From assembly GCF_036321535.1 (NCBI RefSeq), contig NC_087437.1, forward strand, positions 5,394,001-5,458,000: a stretch of DNA of 64,000 nucleotides. Direction: 5' to 3'. Shown one piece after another: positions 38,131 to 52,420 of this stretch. The notes beneath the pieces are model-generated. The model was not told the DNA's origin, did not search any database, and was given only the letters and a program-made list of their open reading frames with translations. Every line of letters starts with the position of its first letter. Positions within the stretch are counted from its first letter, which is position 1. Position numbers and translations under genes: made by a program. Origin of the DNA: Camelus dromedarius. Its lineage: Eukaryota.

Positions 38131-39789
38131 CAAAGAAGACGTGGGAGCCAGCCCTACAGGCAGGGGCTCCACCATGCCAACCGCGGTCCACGGGCAACAC
38201 CTCTGTGGATGGATGTGGTCCATCCCGGGGGAAGCCGGCCTCTCCTCTCCAGCGAGCCCACGTGTCAGACCTTGTTCTGTGGCTGAGTTCACGTCCCCAC
38301 TCCGGCGTGTGGTTATTTTTCCTTCCTTTCAATTTACATTTCGCAAGCTGGAGAGAAATGAATTACATCCCCCTGGGTTTCTCAGTTCCGTACAATTAAG
38401 AAAAGCTATTTCTTAGTCACCAGGCAGATGACGACACAAGATTTCCCATTTTCTCTCTGCAAGGAGGCTGTCATCACTCAATATTAATTGATCCTCCTTT
38501 TCATCCATAGAGCAGGGCTTGAAATAGAAAATTTTTGGTTAGAAAAATGGCAACTATCACATTATAAGGGTAAATTATTCATGGCATCCCCATTAAAACC
38601 CACTCCTATTCCCACTGCATCAGCTGCTTCAAGCCTTACAGTGTTTCTTTCACAGGGAAAAAAATGAGTCAAGGACTCTGTTCCTTCCTGATATCGGGTA
38701 AATCGCCGGCACCAATCCCGTTTCAGTTGCCAGAGGTGCCCACCATTTCATCACAAGCAGGAGAACAGAGAAAGGGTGGGACAGATCTTGGGTTCCCTGC
38801 AGGAGAGTGTGCCAATCGAATGCAATTTTATCTTCCTGCTGGAGAGCAGATCAAGTGAAAAGAGCAAGAAGACACAAAAAACTCTCAACAATTGAAGAGA
38901 GCTAAGTCTCATTTATATGTATATATTTTTTTCTTTCCCTAAACAAAAATTTGATGCTTATTTTTACAGTAGTGATGAAGGAAGAAAAAGAGGAAGGGGG
39001 AAAAAAAGGAGGAAAAAAAAAATCTAGTTGTATCTACAAATTAACAGCTCATAGTGAATTGGAGATCTTTGGGAAGAGCTGAACCTCATTACTCTTGACG
39101 AGCAGTCATGGTCACTGGGGTGACCAGATGCTGGCATCAGGGAAGGCCGATTCTCCAGCTTAACGGAGGGCTTTGGAGGCCCATGGCTTCCAGCTCCTCC
39201 TCGGGCACTGACTTGTCTCAGTGCGAGGGCCCTGTGGAAGGGTAACCACAGGGCATTTGCATTTCACCCTAGGCTTCAATGTCACAAATCTTGACTTTCA
39301 CAGATGGGAGCCAGGCTTAGCGATTCATATCTAGGCTGATGAATAACTGGGTGAAGCAGAAGGCTTTTCTTAAACATATAATTCAGTCTTGAGAAGAGAT
39401 GCACTCTGCTCAATAAGACCTACAGCACAAAATTAGAGATGCTATGGGCATGTCTCAAGGCATCAAAGAGAGGATGGAAAAATGAACAGTGCTCATTTGC
39501 TTCCAGACAAGCAGATCACTTACTGTAGCAACCATTCCTGTTGAAGGCCTCTCTTCAAGGAAACCCGTCCCCCAGGTGCTGTGTTATTTAGCTGCCCCAT
39601 TCCCTGGAAAACTGCTCTCAGCCCAATGGTCTGGGAATTTAAAAGGCTTGAGAGAGTGACAAAAGCTACTACTACGGCCCCTTCTTTCTACTCACTGTGG
39701 CAAAAACTGTGGGTTGTGTCAATTAAAACCCATGCACCCTCTTCAAGCTAGTCTTCTTCAAAAATAGAGGCTAGAAGCCAAAATACTAC

Positions 39790-39930
39790 ATCTTCCATTT
39801 GCAGATGAGGAAACTGACTGAACAGAGAGGTTAAGTGACTTTCCCAAAGTCACACAGCCAATCAATGGCAGAACCAGCATCTGAGCCTGGCTCAAGAGTC
39901 TGTCCTCTCCCCCACTCACAACACTGCCCC
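39790..39930 (-). mobile_element. MIR SINE
   Basis: ccatttgcagatgaggaaactgactgaacagagaggttaagtgactttcccaaagtcacacagcca. Confidence 0.85.
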
Positions 39931-40272
39931 TCCCAGAGGAGTAAGAACTTAACATAAACTGCCGGTATCAGTTATTTAATGACATCTAGTAAATTATCCC
40001 TAAACATGGTGGCTTAAAACAAACATTTATTACCTCACTTTAAAAAAATCAAAATTTAAACCTACCGGTTAGAATTTTGTAGTGTATTTTTAAATGCTTT
40101 TTCTCTTTTATGGTTTACAGACTTTTAAAAAAACCAACTAGGCTTTTCCATTATATCAAAATATCTCATTACATGTATAATTCAATTGTGACCTGAATTG
40201 TATCTTATGGGAATGTTCAAGTTCTGTGCATATTTTATAATTATTCAACCTGGTGATTTCTTTAAAAAAAAA

Positions 40273-40690
40273 AGTCAGAAATCCAAATGCAGCTTAGATG
40301 GGTGCCTCTGGCTCAAGGCCTCTCATGGAAGAGATCCCATCAGGAAGGGATCTCCAGGTCCACTGGGGGAGGACCTACATCCAAGTTCATGTATGCAGGT
40401 GTTGGCAGGGCTCAACGTCTTAGGGACTGCTTGGCAAGGTCCAGTTCCTCACTGGCTGTTAGCAGGAGGCCTCTGGTGGTTCCCTGCCACATGGGTCTCT
40501 CCAGTGGGCAGCTTACAGCAGAGCAGCTGGCTTTTCTCAGAGCAAGTGAGCAAAGTAATGAGAATCCAAGATGGAAGCCACCGTCTTCTTGTAACCCAAT
40601 CCTGTAAGTGACATCCATCACTTTCATGGCATCCTACTCACTAGAAGCAACTTACTAGGTGCTTCCACACCCAAGGGAAGGGGTTTCCCC
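40273..40690 (-). mobile_element. MLT1-family (MaLR) LTR fragment
   Basis: cagcttagatgggtgcctctggctcaagg...ccaagttcatgtatgcaggtgttggcagg...tgccacatgggtctctcca...gtgacatccatcactttc. Confidence 0.7.
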
Positions 40691-43600
40691 AAGGGCAAGA
40701 ACCCCAGGAGGTAGGGAGTGCTGGGGGCCACCCTGGAGGGGACCTACCATGCTGCTCAACATTACACGACAAATAAGCAGAAAAGTTGAGTTTAAAGTTG
40801 CTTTTATCTCCATTAACTTGGCTCCCAACTCTAAGCTCTGTCCAGGACTGCAAGATTCTGCCCAGTTCAGAGACCAAAACCTTGGCTGGTTCACTTCTCT
40901 GGGGCACTGGCCCCTATCACCTGCGTTAAGCAGCTCTGACGTCTCACTTACAGCAAAGAAACTAAAGGATATTAGGAGAAAAGTTTTCTTGGCTTTTAGT
41001 TATCTGGGTCCAATCCATTTACACAAAGTCTATGGTAACAGACCACCGGGTAGAAAGAAGAATAGGTTTTTGTTTTAACTTACAGTCTCCAGATTGGCAA
41101 AAACAGTGCTTTGACAAGGGGCAGCTGGGCCACCAGTTTGGAGGATAAAGCAAGGTGACCCAGAGGATGCTCCGTGCCCGTCTCCCCGCTCCTGGTCGTG
41201 TTTCTGCATCACCTCAGTCAGCCCAGGTTGTTGGCAGAGCAGTAGTCACCTTCCTTTCACCAGGTCCATCTCACTTGAGCAGAACATACCATTTCTGACT
41301 AAGAAAGCCACGGTGGACTGAGAGTCTGGGGACACGTGCCCAAGGTGTCCTGGATGGATCGATTAAGTCCCCCGGGGTCAGCCCGTGGACATCAGATGCC
41401 CAGACGAGTCCCTCAGCCCCGAGAAGCTGGTCTGATTGAGGCACTAGCCCAGGGGTTTTCCAAGCTGCAGGTTGGTGGGCCCAGGGATCAGCCTTGCTGG
41501 AGGATTTCCAGGGCCCTCCTGCCCCAACCAAACAGTAGACAAATCACCAGCCACGCACAGGCCACCAGGTCAAAGATAAATCACACTAAGTTGAAGGAGA
41601 TGCTTTTCCAAGATAACACACCATCTGTTAAGGCTATGGTCACCCTGGACTGGTTTCCAGATACTGGAAAACAGACACTGGGCTCAGACATTACTAATGG
41701 AGAAATGGATGGGGGTGATTCAGACAGTGGTTCCTACGTTGAGAGACCTCGCCACCTCGTTCACCTCTGGAGGCCCAGCCTGGAGCCTGAGAAAGAACAG
41801 GTAATCAATACACAGCCAATGAACCAATTGTGTCAGATGAGACTGCCTTCTCCACTAAGGAAAGTCTACCCCACTAGTGCGCCAGCTCCCTTGGGAACAC
41901 ATTACCAATCCTGCATCAAAGGCAACATACCTTCCATATGGCGCCATGCTGTGTCCATGCTTACCAAGCAACTCTGAATTCCCACCTGGGATACCCAACT
42001 GGCAAAATCCTCTTCCTCTTTTCAGAGGGCCCAGTAAGGCCGTCAAATGAACGCACCCTCCTCATAATGAATTGTATACATGCACCTGAAAAGCATGCTC
42101 GTGCAACGAGATGGAAAAAACTCTCAGCTGCTGATGACTCCAGTGAGGACCAACTGCTTACCTAACTTCTATTTCTCAGGAGGTGGGACCTGTAAACAAA
42201 GAACAGCTTAACGCATGTCTGAAACACGAGACTGAGGAAATGACTTTCTAGACTCAATGGCAGTGACAAGCCACTTGAAGGCGGAATCACCTACCTTCCC
42301 ACACTACTTGAAAATATTTCATAGAGAAAATGCGACAGGCCCCCTTTCTTCCAAAGTATCAGGAAAATCTGGTCAAAACATTGGAGAAAGCCGCTTGATA
42401 AAAATTCTTTGGAGCGCAATCGCTAATAACAATCATTAGTAGGGTGCCTCGAACATTAACTGGTTTTCTGTTCTGTTTTTACCCAAATTAGATAAAAATT
42501 ATTACCACCACCACAGTGCTGCTTTTTATGAATCCCTACAGAAAAATAATTTGGCTTTGCTTTGACAGATAACAGTCATCACCAAGGAATTTCATTTCAC
42601 TGAAGGCAGCCTTAAGTTGCTGAAAATTTACTGCTTAAACACACACATACACACACCCCGAGTCCATTTTCACACAAGACTGAGTTGTTTCTTGGTCTGG
42701 ATTTAGAGTAGCTGGGAAAAGAGCAGAAAGAGTTTTTACATCAAGGAAGGAATGCAAAGAATGCCCTCCTTTCTAATCTAATCTTATTACCTCCATTAGT
42801 GAACATTTAACAATAACATTAATACGAAGAGCAGTCTTGGTTGCGCTCTCAAAAGCAAAAACGATACAGAAGATGTATTTCGTAGCTTTGCTCAGAAAAG
42901 CTTAAAGCCATGTCATACGTATTATCTCATTTATCTTTCAAAATCCCCACAGATTCTGTAAAAGTGTATTTATCTGCAGTCAGACAGGGTTTATGAGAAC
43001 CCACGTCCCTACCGCTCTTTGTACCTTCTGCTTAAAGACAGGGTCTGTTTGGGGTCCACCCCCAACCCAAACCTCAACTCATAACTCATGCAACTGACTT
43101 CCTTTTTTGAGTCTTAAACACAAAACAAGCGGAAAAAAAAAAATGCAACCCACTCTTAGCAGTTAAAGAAACAAAAACCGAAAATGAAACATGAGTAGGA
43201 AATTAAATAAATTCACAGTGCTCGACCAGGGTTGCCCCAACTGAAATTAAATAAATATACACATACACACACCCCCTACCTGTGAAAACTCTGCTACACA
43301 ATTTATTAATGAACAGCGAGAGGAAACAGAAGCCAAACATGGGGCAGAAGAGACTGTTCAATCTAATTGTCTGGAAATTACACTGAAAGGAACAGATGGT
43401 TTCACAGAAGTCAGTGCAACCTAGAGGAGCAAGGAGCGATTTTCTAGGAAAGAAAACTGCTTCCCCACCCCTCTGCAAATCCTATTTTCAGCAAAGGAAG
43501 AGTCTATATTCAGCACGGGCTGAACTCTGAGCCTGGCACGCTGACAGGATGGAGACCACGTGGCGGCCACCCCCACGTGCCCAGGTTCAGACCTGGCCTC

Positions 43601-45589
43601 CAGATCTGAGCTAGAGATCAAACAGCCTGACTTTAAAATCAGCAACAAATACAATGCAACACTCTACTCCAGTGGGTTACTCACCAGCATTCGTGATCTT
43701 GGCAAATAAGAAAAGGGGTGATTCTTGGCAGGTTACAGGCACAATGATCTTAATGTGGTTTCCGAACTCCAATGTAGGAACCAGTTTTTATATCATAACC
43801 CCCATACACTCTAGGTCCCCAAGAGTAGAAAGACCAACATTCAGACATGACACATCAGAGCCTACCAAGCCTCAAAGCTGTACCTGAGAGATGTGTGGTA
43901 CCAGCAGCATCGCTTAAACCAAAGATTTGAAGATGGCAAGCCTGAGTTCTGATTCTAACCCTATCACATATTTGCTGTGTGACCGTGGGCAGGTTGGGTG
44001 ACCTCTCTGAGCCTCATGTCCACATCTGGAAAATCAGGATCCCCTGAAGATTAATTTACCCTAAGCACGATGCATGGCTCATTAGCAGTCATCACCATTG
44101 TTACCATTACTGATAATAATCATAATAATGTCGTCATCATCATCCAAGTCTGCTGCTCCCCTTATACCTTGTCACCTGCAAGGGTCCTCAGCAAACCAAG
44201 AGGACACAGAAGCAGACGGCCCTTCTGCCACGAGGCTAGGGCTGCAGCAGGAGGACCCTCCCTCAGGGATGAGCTGAGTGTTGAGGATGGGAACAGTCAC
44301 CCCCCACCGCAGCCAGGGGCCCTCCTGCCTTACGCGGTCCCATCAAGGGCTGCCCTGGGCCCACCTCTCCATCTGCCTCCCCTCCTTCCTGGCGTCTGAC
44401 ATTTTGCTTCCAGGCTTGTTTGTTTGTTTTCCCTGAGAAAAATATGCCATCAACATCAGTGACTTGATGTTCAATTCCGCTGAAAAGCGGCCCACGTTAC
44501 AGATGAATTTGTTACTTCTAAACTGCAGGTATCATCTTTAGAGAGAGGTAATAAATACCTCGTTATGGATGGCAAAACAAACACTTCAGGGCACTCCAGG
44601 CTCCACTAAAGGAACCCCGTGGCGAAACCCACTTTAAACCAAGACTCCTCCTGTAACGCAAATAACCGCCCATCCCCCAAGTCCTTCCCCTCCTTTCCAG
44701 AAGCTTCCTACGCTGGGCCTCCCTGAAAGCAGGACTCATGCCTGCGTGCAGGCACCTGCAGCCGAGCGGGTGTCACTCCTAGCCAGCCCCCTCATCCATC
44801 ACAGACTCAAGTTCAGTCCATCACCACTCAGTCTAGGTTGTTGACTCCAGGTTATTTCCACCGGGCCTGGTCAGAGTGGCCAGGGCAAGGCAAAGGAGCA
44901 GAAAAGGGGCGCAGGGAACAGAGGTGGTGGAGACCTCACCGAGGCCAAGGTTTCCAGAAAGGGGCCAAGGAGGAGGCTGGATCACATGACCACCGGGGCC
45001 CAGCCACAGCCCCCAGATCTGCTTCTACTGTGGAGTGTTTCCAGCTCGCTGTGAAGAGCCGTGCAAACAAAAACAAAGGTCTATCTAGATGCTGTGGTGG
45101 GGGACTGGACCCCTAAAATGCCCAGTGTGTGGCGGCCACAGCCAGATTACTGACTGTCCCCCAGCCGGGCTACCCCTCCCCCTCCCCCCGGACAATGGGA
45201 AGGGCATTCTCTCTAGTCAAGGCCCTTCTTCCAAGACCCTGGACCACGGGCAACACACCCGTTAGGAGCACAGAAGTCTTCCTTCAACCCACATCTCACC
45301 CCTCTTCCTTCTGCTGCGCCCGGGGTCCTCCCTGCAAATTTTTTGGAGCAAAGTTTGAGAATCATTGTGTCAACTGGTAGTATTTTAGTTTTAGGAATAC
45401 GGCCTGTCCTTCCAAATATATTGCAATATATTCCTCAAGGAAATAAAATATGAGTTGCTCATAAAATAGAGTCATGTATGCAAATATTTACTGAATTTCT
45501 TTTATACTTAAAAAAATCACACCACTATCATTTCTCTCTGCCATCTCCACTCAGGAAAAAAAAGAAATCTGCAGTCCCATCTGGTCTCT

Positions 45590-45767
45590 GAAGGTTCTCA
45601 GTGTGGTCCCCAGGCCGGCAGTGTCAGCATCACCCGGGAACTTGTTACAAACGCATCTCCAAGCCTTGCCCCGGACTCAACGCATCAGGAATTCTGAGGT
45701 CCAGGATTCTGGGTTGTAAAGAGCTTTTCAGGTGATTCTGACTCACCATCAAGCTGGAGAACCACTC
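45590..45767. mobile_element. MER5A hAT MITE
   Basis: ggttctcagtgtggtccccaggccggcagtgtcagcatcacccgggaacttgttacaaacgca...caggtgattctgactcaccatcaagctggagaaccact. Confidence 0.85.
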
Positions 45768-46754
45768 TTTTAGGAAATGATGAGTTCTGAAGGCCCGCAG
45801 TCTTTCTCCAGAGGCTAACATCATTTTCGATGCTCCCTTAGAACTTGCTTACCCCCTCCCTGGACGACCAGTGAAGTCAGGCAGGCAGGCTAACAGTGCG
45901 GGGATTTAAAACAAGCCACTGGGCACCCAAGCTCTTAGCCCCAAAACACTCTCACCTGTTAGCTTTTACACCTTCATGTAAATTGTGATTCATCTTCTTA
46001 GATTAGTCTTTTTCCTGGTTTTGTAAAGAGATTAGACAGACAACTGAAAGAGACAACGAGTGTCAGCTGCTTCTGCCGTTGTGTTTTGGGATAAGGTTCC
46101 CCAGGCCGGCAGCGAAATAAAAACCGGACCCTTAACTGATTCATTGCACAATACACGTTTTGCATAATGAATGTCACCCTGGGTTATTATCACGACCACC
46201 CAAAACTGAAATCCAGACCTAAAGGCTAGCATGCCGGCAGCCAAAATCCAAGTATGAGCCTGGTCAGCAAAATGTCACAGAAAAAAATCCCAGAGGTCAG
46301 CTCTTCAAGACCTCTTAGACAGGAAAACTACTAAGATGGGAATTTAAAAAATGTGGCAATGGGAGCTGATGCTAGAAACTGTAATATGTGTCGTGGGAAT
46401 GTTTTATAAGCCAGAGTTTAAGAGGAGAAACAGAGATGAGCTTGAAGGAGACGGGCAACGGGGCACGAGGTCCTTCTCAATGTTTTCACAGTGCAGCGAT
46501 TCGCTTTGGGTTAAACCCAGCGCAGCGTGCAGGAGACTGAAAAACCAAAGAGCCCAGAGTGAAGGCTCCCCAGTTCAGTAAGCGGATGGAGCTTGCTACC
46601 AACAGCCAGCAGCTCGGTGGCCTAGGGCAAGTTATTTGTAAAACTCCAAACTCAAGATCTCGATGCACACTTTTATTCCATGGAGGTTAACTCCCCCTGC
46701 CTCGCAAGACTGTTGCTAGTTTGTTGAAAACTGATAAATGCGAGAAATTGACTC

Positions 46755-47575
46755 TAGTTTCCTGTAACCCATGATGGAAAAGAATCTGGAAAAAAATATA
46801 TATATATGTATGTATGTATTTGGAGAACTGAATCACTTTGCTGTATACCTGAAACTCACATTGTAAATCAACTACACTTCAGTTAAAAAAAAAAAAAACT
46901 TTTAAAATGAATTAAAAAAACTGATTAAATGCAACACTAAGTGAGCAACTGTAGTGATGACATGTGAAAAACAAAGCTACCAACTCTCACGCGTGGTGTT
47001 GGAAATGCAAAACGGTAGAACTACTTTGGAAAACAGTTGGGCAGTTTCTTACAAAAGGGAACACACACTTATCAATTCCACTCTGACATATTTACCCGAT
47101 AGAAATGAAAACACGTGTCCACATGAGACATGTTCACGAATGTTCTCAGCGGCATTTTTACTAACCAGCCCCAAACTGGAAACAGCCCAAGCCGGTCCAC
47201 AGGAGAACGATTAAACCAATCGCGGCACAGCCAAACAATGGAGTATTACTCAGAAACACAAAGGCGAGCTCCTGACGGAGACCAGGGCGGGGGCAAATCC
47301 CGACAGCGTCATGCTGAGTGTGAGAAGTCCCCGAAGAATGCCTCCTGTCTGGTTCCACTCCTAGGTTGCTCTAAAGGAAGCAAAACTAACCTACAGTGAC
47401 AGCAGATGAGCGGTTGTCGGGCGCAGGCATGAGGGAATCTTCTGGGGTGATGCAAAAGGTCCACATCTTGAGCATGGTGCAATCACACACGTGTTTACCT
47501 GCACCAAAACTCATCAAGCCATTCACTTCACATGGGTGTATTTTATTGAATGTAAGTTATACCTCAATAAAGTTA
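46755..47575 (+). mobile_element. L1 3' tail fragment (about 46755-46900) followed by older L1M 3' fragment (about 46950-47575)
   Basis: gaatcactttgctgtatacctgaaac...aatcaactacacttcagttaaaaa, then ctactttggaaaacagttgggcagtttctta...ccaaactggaaacagccca...gttatacctcaataaag. Confidence 0.82.
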
Positions 47576-47959
47576 TTCTTTTCCACACCCTCCAATAAAG
47601 TTATCTTTTATACTGAGACACCATCAGGAGGCCTGGCAGGTTTGCACTAAGCTCTCCTTCAGGTGCAGGAGAAAAATCCTCTGTGAATGGGGTTCAAACA
47701 CTGATTCTGTTCCCACTTATGACTTACTACCTGTCAAGGTAACTTTCTCATCTGAAAAAAAAGAGAAAAATACCTTCCGTCTGGCTCTCAGGGCTACTTG
47801 GATGACCAAGTGAGAGCATTATCCGAAAATGCATTAAAGCGGGATCAGAGCAACCCCGTGCCCAGCAAACCCTCCTCCCCCACTCCCCGCCCCGTCACCT
47901 GCCAGTGAGCCACTGGGCCCACCATCTAATCTCTTGGCCCCGCCCAGTTCTCTTGTCCC

Positions 47960-48550
47960 TCCTGTCACTCCTTCCGCTGAGGCCATCTTCACCCTTTGCC
48001 TGATGACTGCAATGGCTTCCAAATGGTTTCCTTTCTCTTCAGTTTCATCTCTTCCATCTTTTTTTTTTTTAATGGAGGTACTGGGGATTGAACCCAGGAC
48101 TTCGTTCATGCTAAGCACACGTTCCACCACTGAGCTATACCCTCCCCTCTTCTACTCTTTCTCATTGTAAACCCAGAGCGGGCTTTCCAGAACACAAATC
48201 TGATCATGTCACCTACCCTCACCCCACCTTAAAAGCCTTCAGGGCTCTCGAGAGAGCCCAGACTTCTTAACCTAAGACATAAGACCTTTAGTCATCTGAC
48301 CCTCATTCACTTCCCCCAAAGACCACAGTCCAACCAACCTGAACCACCTCCAGCTTCCCACATACGTAATGTGGTCTCCGTGTTCTGGTCCCTCCCACAC
48401 ATTGTCCCCTCTGCCTGAAAAGATCCCCTCCCCCGCCCTCATTCTCCCACCTGGCTAACTCCAAATCCACCTGCAGATCTCAAATCTTCCTTGACGCACA
48501 CACACTTCCAACAAGACTATGGGCCACCACATCCCCTCTGTCACCAGCAC
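47960..48550 (+). mobile_element. L2 LINE fragment with nested SINE
   Basis: ccatcttcaccctttgcctgatgactgcaatggcttcc...cacaaatctgatcatgtcacc...aaaagccttcagggctc...ctggctaactcc. Confidence 0.65.
48059..48147 (-). mobile_element. Vic-1-like SINE, short form
   Basis: Poly-T, then aatggaggtactggggattgaacccaggacttcgttcatgctaagcacacgttccaccactgagctataccctcccc. Confidence 0.92.
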
Positions 48551-48630
48551 GCTAGCATCGAGAACTACAATCACTTGGTTCTTCACCTGTAAAAGCTGTT
48601 GAAGCAATGTGGACTCGTGGGCTAGACCAG

Positions 48631-48967
48631 TGCCGTGGGCCACACTGTGTCCCTTCAAAATTCGCATGTGGAGGCCCCAACCCCCAACGTGACTGCATTT
48701 GGAGTAAGGAAGTAACTACTCTGAGGTTAATGTCCTTATGGAAGAGACAGGGCAGGGGTCACTTTCTGTCTCAGACACATGGAGACACGGCAGGAAGGCG
48801 GCCATCTGCAAGCCAGGAAGAGCCCTCTCAGCACAAACCCATCATGTTGGCCCCCTGAGCTCGGACTTCCCGCCTCCAGATCTGCAAGACAATAAATACC
48901 TGCGGTTTACACCGCCCAGTCTGGAGCACTGGAGCATTCTGTGACGGCAGGCGAGCGGACTAGGACA
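48631..48967 (+). mobile_element. MLT1A/B-like MaLR solo LTR
   Basis: tgccgtgggccacactgtgtcccttcaaaattcgcatgtggaggcccc...gaaggcggccatctgcaagccaggaagagccctc...aataaatacctgcggttt...gactaggaca. Confidence 0.85.
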
Positions 48968-49487
48968 ACATGACAATGGGAGCCCCCGTCTGGTTCGCCG
49001 GTGTGTCCTCAGCACACCACCTCTGGCTCTGGTCGACATTCAGTAAGTATTTGTGGAATCGATGAACGGTCATCCTAGGGTTCCCAGTGAAGCCCAGGGC
49101 AAACTTTCATAATAGAAATTCTACATCCACCTGCACGAGAGATGCAGTCACACCTGGAACCGAGTTTCCTCCCTCAAAAGCCAACTAGAACAGCATCTCC
49201 TGTGACTCTGGGTTCTCCGCCTGCGCTGTCCAATAGGGTAGCCTCTGGCCCCACGTGAGGTGTGGCCAGTGTGACAGAGGAACCGCATTTTTCATTTCAC
49301 TCGGTTGTAATCAATGACTGTATTTAAGTGGCTCCTGTACTGGACGGTGGAGGACCAGACAGGTCAAGCAAAGATCATGCCTCAGGCACTAACTTCATCA
49401 GACAGGTCGCTGACTGTGCCCACTGTCCCCACACCAAACACACAAAAAGCACAGTGGATTCTCACGGACCTGACGCCAGTAGCTTCC

Positions 49488-49762
49488 TTTTTTTTTTTTT
49501 TAACTGAAATACAGTTGATCTACAATGTTGTGTTAATTTCTGGTGTACAGCATAGTGATTCAGTTATACATATGTATATATTCCTTTCCAGATTCTTTTT
49601 CATTATAGGTTATTTACAAGATATTGAATAGAGTTCCCTGTGCTATCCAGTAGGACCCTGTTGTTTCTCTCTGCTGTATATAGTAGTGTGTATCTGCCTG
49701 AACTCCTAATTTATCCCACCCCCTCTTTCCCCCGCTGGTAACCGTAAGTTTGTTTTCTGTGT
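49488..49762 (-). mobile_element. Truncated L1 3' end
   Basis: Poly-T, aactgaaatacagttgatctacaatgttgtgttaatttctggtgtacagcatagtgattcag...ctggtaaccgtaagtttgttttctgtgtc. Confidence 0.9.
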
Positions 49763-50559
49763 CAACACAGGTAGACCTCCAGCCGTGTGAGAGCACCCGG
49801 CACAGAGAAGCTGGCAAAACGCACGCATCAAAGGGATAATGAGGCACCATTCTGCAGAAATTGTGATGTTTTATGGGCCCCCGTTTGTGATGAAACCCAT
49901 CAAAGGATAGATTCACCCCTCGGTGACCAGAATTAGTTGAAAATTTAAGGCCCAATCAGATCACCCAGAACTGAGATTTGGGGCAGCTTCCTTGCTTCAC
50001 TGTGACTTTCTGGCTGCTTTTAGCCCCCCCCAGCCCCACCAGCGAGGCTGCATCCTCCAGTATCAGCCACAGCAGCACCGCGCTCTAGAAGCAGGGGACA
50101 AATAAAACCTGGACTTTTGTAAAAGTGCAGGTGGTCCCCTTCCTGCCTAAGCCAGCAGGTGGACGTGGGCTGACACCCTCGCCCCAGCTCGTCATTTGTT
50201 CAAGTCAGATGAGCACCGTCTCTACAACAATAAGCACGTTGCACGCTTCTTAAAAATCCCCAACGGCCCACACTGCACAGGGAGGAGGGGTCTGGGGCCC
50301 CTCTACGTGACAACACAAGCTTTCTAGCCAGTATGCTCTGCCTGGTGTTAACGCCTGTTTGTCTGGCACCTGGTGGTTTATGAGGCACAAGAGCTTGGAT
50401 GCCCAAGAGACTTAGGTTCCAATTCTTCCCAGCCACTTCCAAGCACTGCATCTTTAGAAAAGTTACTTAACCTCTCAGAGGGTCCGCTTCCTCTCCTGCA
50501 AGAAAGGAATGAGTGTATCCCCACCTCACTGGGATGCTAGGACGTAAGAAACCACATGA

Positions 50560-51015
50560 AGACGAATGCTCACAGCAACTTAAATTGTCACAGCTCCAAA
50601 CTGGAAATGACCCAGATGTCTGTCAACAGGTGAATGGAAAAACACACTGATAAATCCGTACACGAGACGACTGCTCAGAGGCACAACAGGAATGAACCAC
50701 TGACATACCCAACAGCATGAACAACGAAATCGCAAAGTCAGTCAGTTGAGCGGGAAAAGCCAGACCCAAAAGACTCCATACCACAGGATTCCATCTACAG
50801 AAAACTCCAGCAAATAAAATCAGCGGCAGAAAGCAGATCGCTGGTTGTCTAGGGACAGAGAGTTGGGGAAAAGGAGAGACCCCAAAGGAGCAGCAGGACA
50901 CTTTGGGGTGACGGGAACGTACTGCATCTCGATGAGGTGGTTCCATGGGTTTGAACACTTTACATGGGAGCGGTGTAGGCTGCTTAAATCATACTTCGGG
51001 AAAGTGAAAAGTTAA
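50560..51015 (+). mobile_element. Old L1 (L1MB-like) 3' fragment
   Basis: cgaatgctcacagcaact...ccaaactggaaatgacccagatgtctgtcaacaggtgaatgga...aaaagccagacccaaaaga...gattccatctacagaaaactccag. Confidence 0.75.
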
Positions 51016-51984
51016 AAAAGAAATGAGATCAGGGAGCTAACGCCCTCCAACAGGACCTGGCACACAGCAGGCTCTCAACAAATGTCGGCTCCATTCTGGA
51101 GCAGCAACGAAAGAGAGCATCAGAACTCCTGGGAAGGGACTTGCGAGGCGGGCAGGGCCAGAGTCAGCAGGTGTAACAGGGTCTCTGAAGGTGGACTGGA
51201 ACCCTGCCACTGAGGAGCCGCCGTTCCCAGCCAGAAAGCGCGGACAAGAAAGACGGACAGAAAGATGTGCAGGGCGTGGCTCTGCCCCCAAGGAAACACT
51301 CTTTTGAGTTTCACATACGACGGAATTAAAGTGTCACAAGGATGGTACTGACCAAGCGCAGGCGTGCAGAAAAGAGCCATTCCGGTGGGACGCATGTCCA
51401 GAAGGAGCAATTTCAGGTGGGTGGGATTTTGGCAACAGTGAGGGTGGGGCAGGCCCTGGGCAGGAGGAGGGGTCTGACCGTACTGGAAGGGAGGGTCCCG
51501 GTGGGGACAGCTAGCAAGGCCAAGGGCCCAGGCACCCTCACTCCGCGCACAAGTGAGGGGGTCCGCAGAGCCTGAGCCCCAGCTGGCATCTCCCCATCCT
51601 TTATCCAGGAAACCAGCCAAAGGGTTCGGTGTGATCAGATTTGTGCTGTACCCCACCCAGCACATCCCACCTAGAGGGCGACGTGGTAATTAGTTCAAAC
51701 AGTCGTATCTTTCAACTCAGTCATTCCCAGGGAAATAATCAGAAATGCGCACCAAGATGTATGTACCACACTGCATATCACAGCATGATTTTTAACAGCC
51801 CAAAGCCCGCAACAACTCCCATGTCCAATGAAAGAGGACCATAAATAAATTACAGCACCCTGAGTGATCAAAGCGTATGTAGGCATTAAATCATGTTTTG
51901 GGAAACATCTGGAACGACAGGGTGTGTGCCTCACTATAGGATGTTAAGTTGCAAAAAAGTGGGATATAAAAATGTATGTCAAGG

Positions 51985-52420
51985 ACTCATTCAGCAAGTA
52001 TTTAGTGATTATCTACTGTGTGTCAGGCACTGTTTCCAGCACCGAGGACACAGCAGAGGATAAAAGAGACAATCCTGCACTCATCAGAAGGGAGTCTACC
52101 TTCTAATGAAGGAAGGCAGACAATAAACAAGGAAATGAGTAACAATAAGCAAAGTAAATAGCACGTTGACAGCAGGAAGTGCTACAGAGAAAATCCAGAG
52201 GGGAAAGGGCTGGGGAGTGGGGGGAAGCTAGAAATGTTCAACAGGCAGGAGGTCAGGAGGTTTCAGAGAGAAGGGGGATAAGGATTTGAACCAAGGGTCT
52301 ATCTGGGAGGACTTCCAGGCAGAGGGGACAGCCAGTGCAAAGGCCCTGAGGGGGTGCGGGAAACAGGCAGAATACACAGGACAAACAGCAGGAGGATGAG
52401 GCAGAGGGAGGCTGGTGCCC
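51985..52420 (-). mobile_element. L2 LINE 3' fragment
   Basis: tcattcagcaagtatttagtgattatctactgtgtgtcaggcactgtt...ttccaggcagaggggacagccagtgcaaaggccctgagg. Confidence 0.8.

Noticed and set aside
41336..41977. 213-aa plus-strand ORF
   Set aside because: Starts at GTG, has no recognisable domain or supporting gene structure, and its length is compatible with chance.
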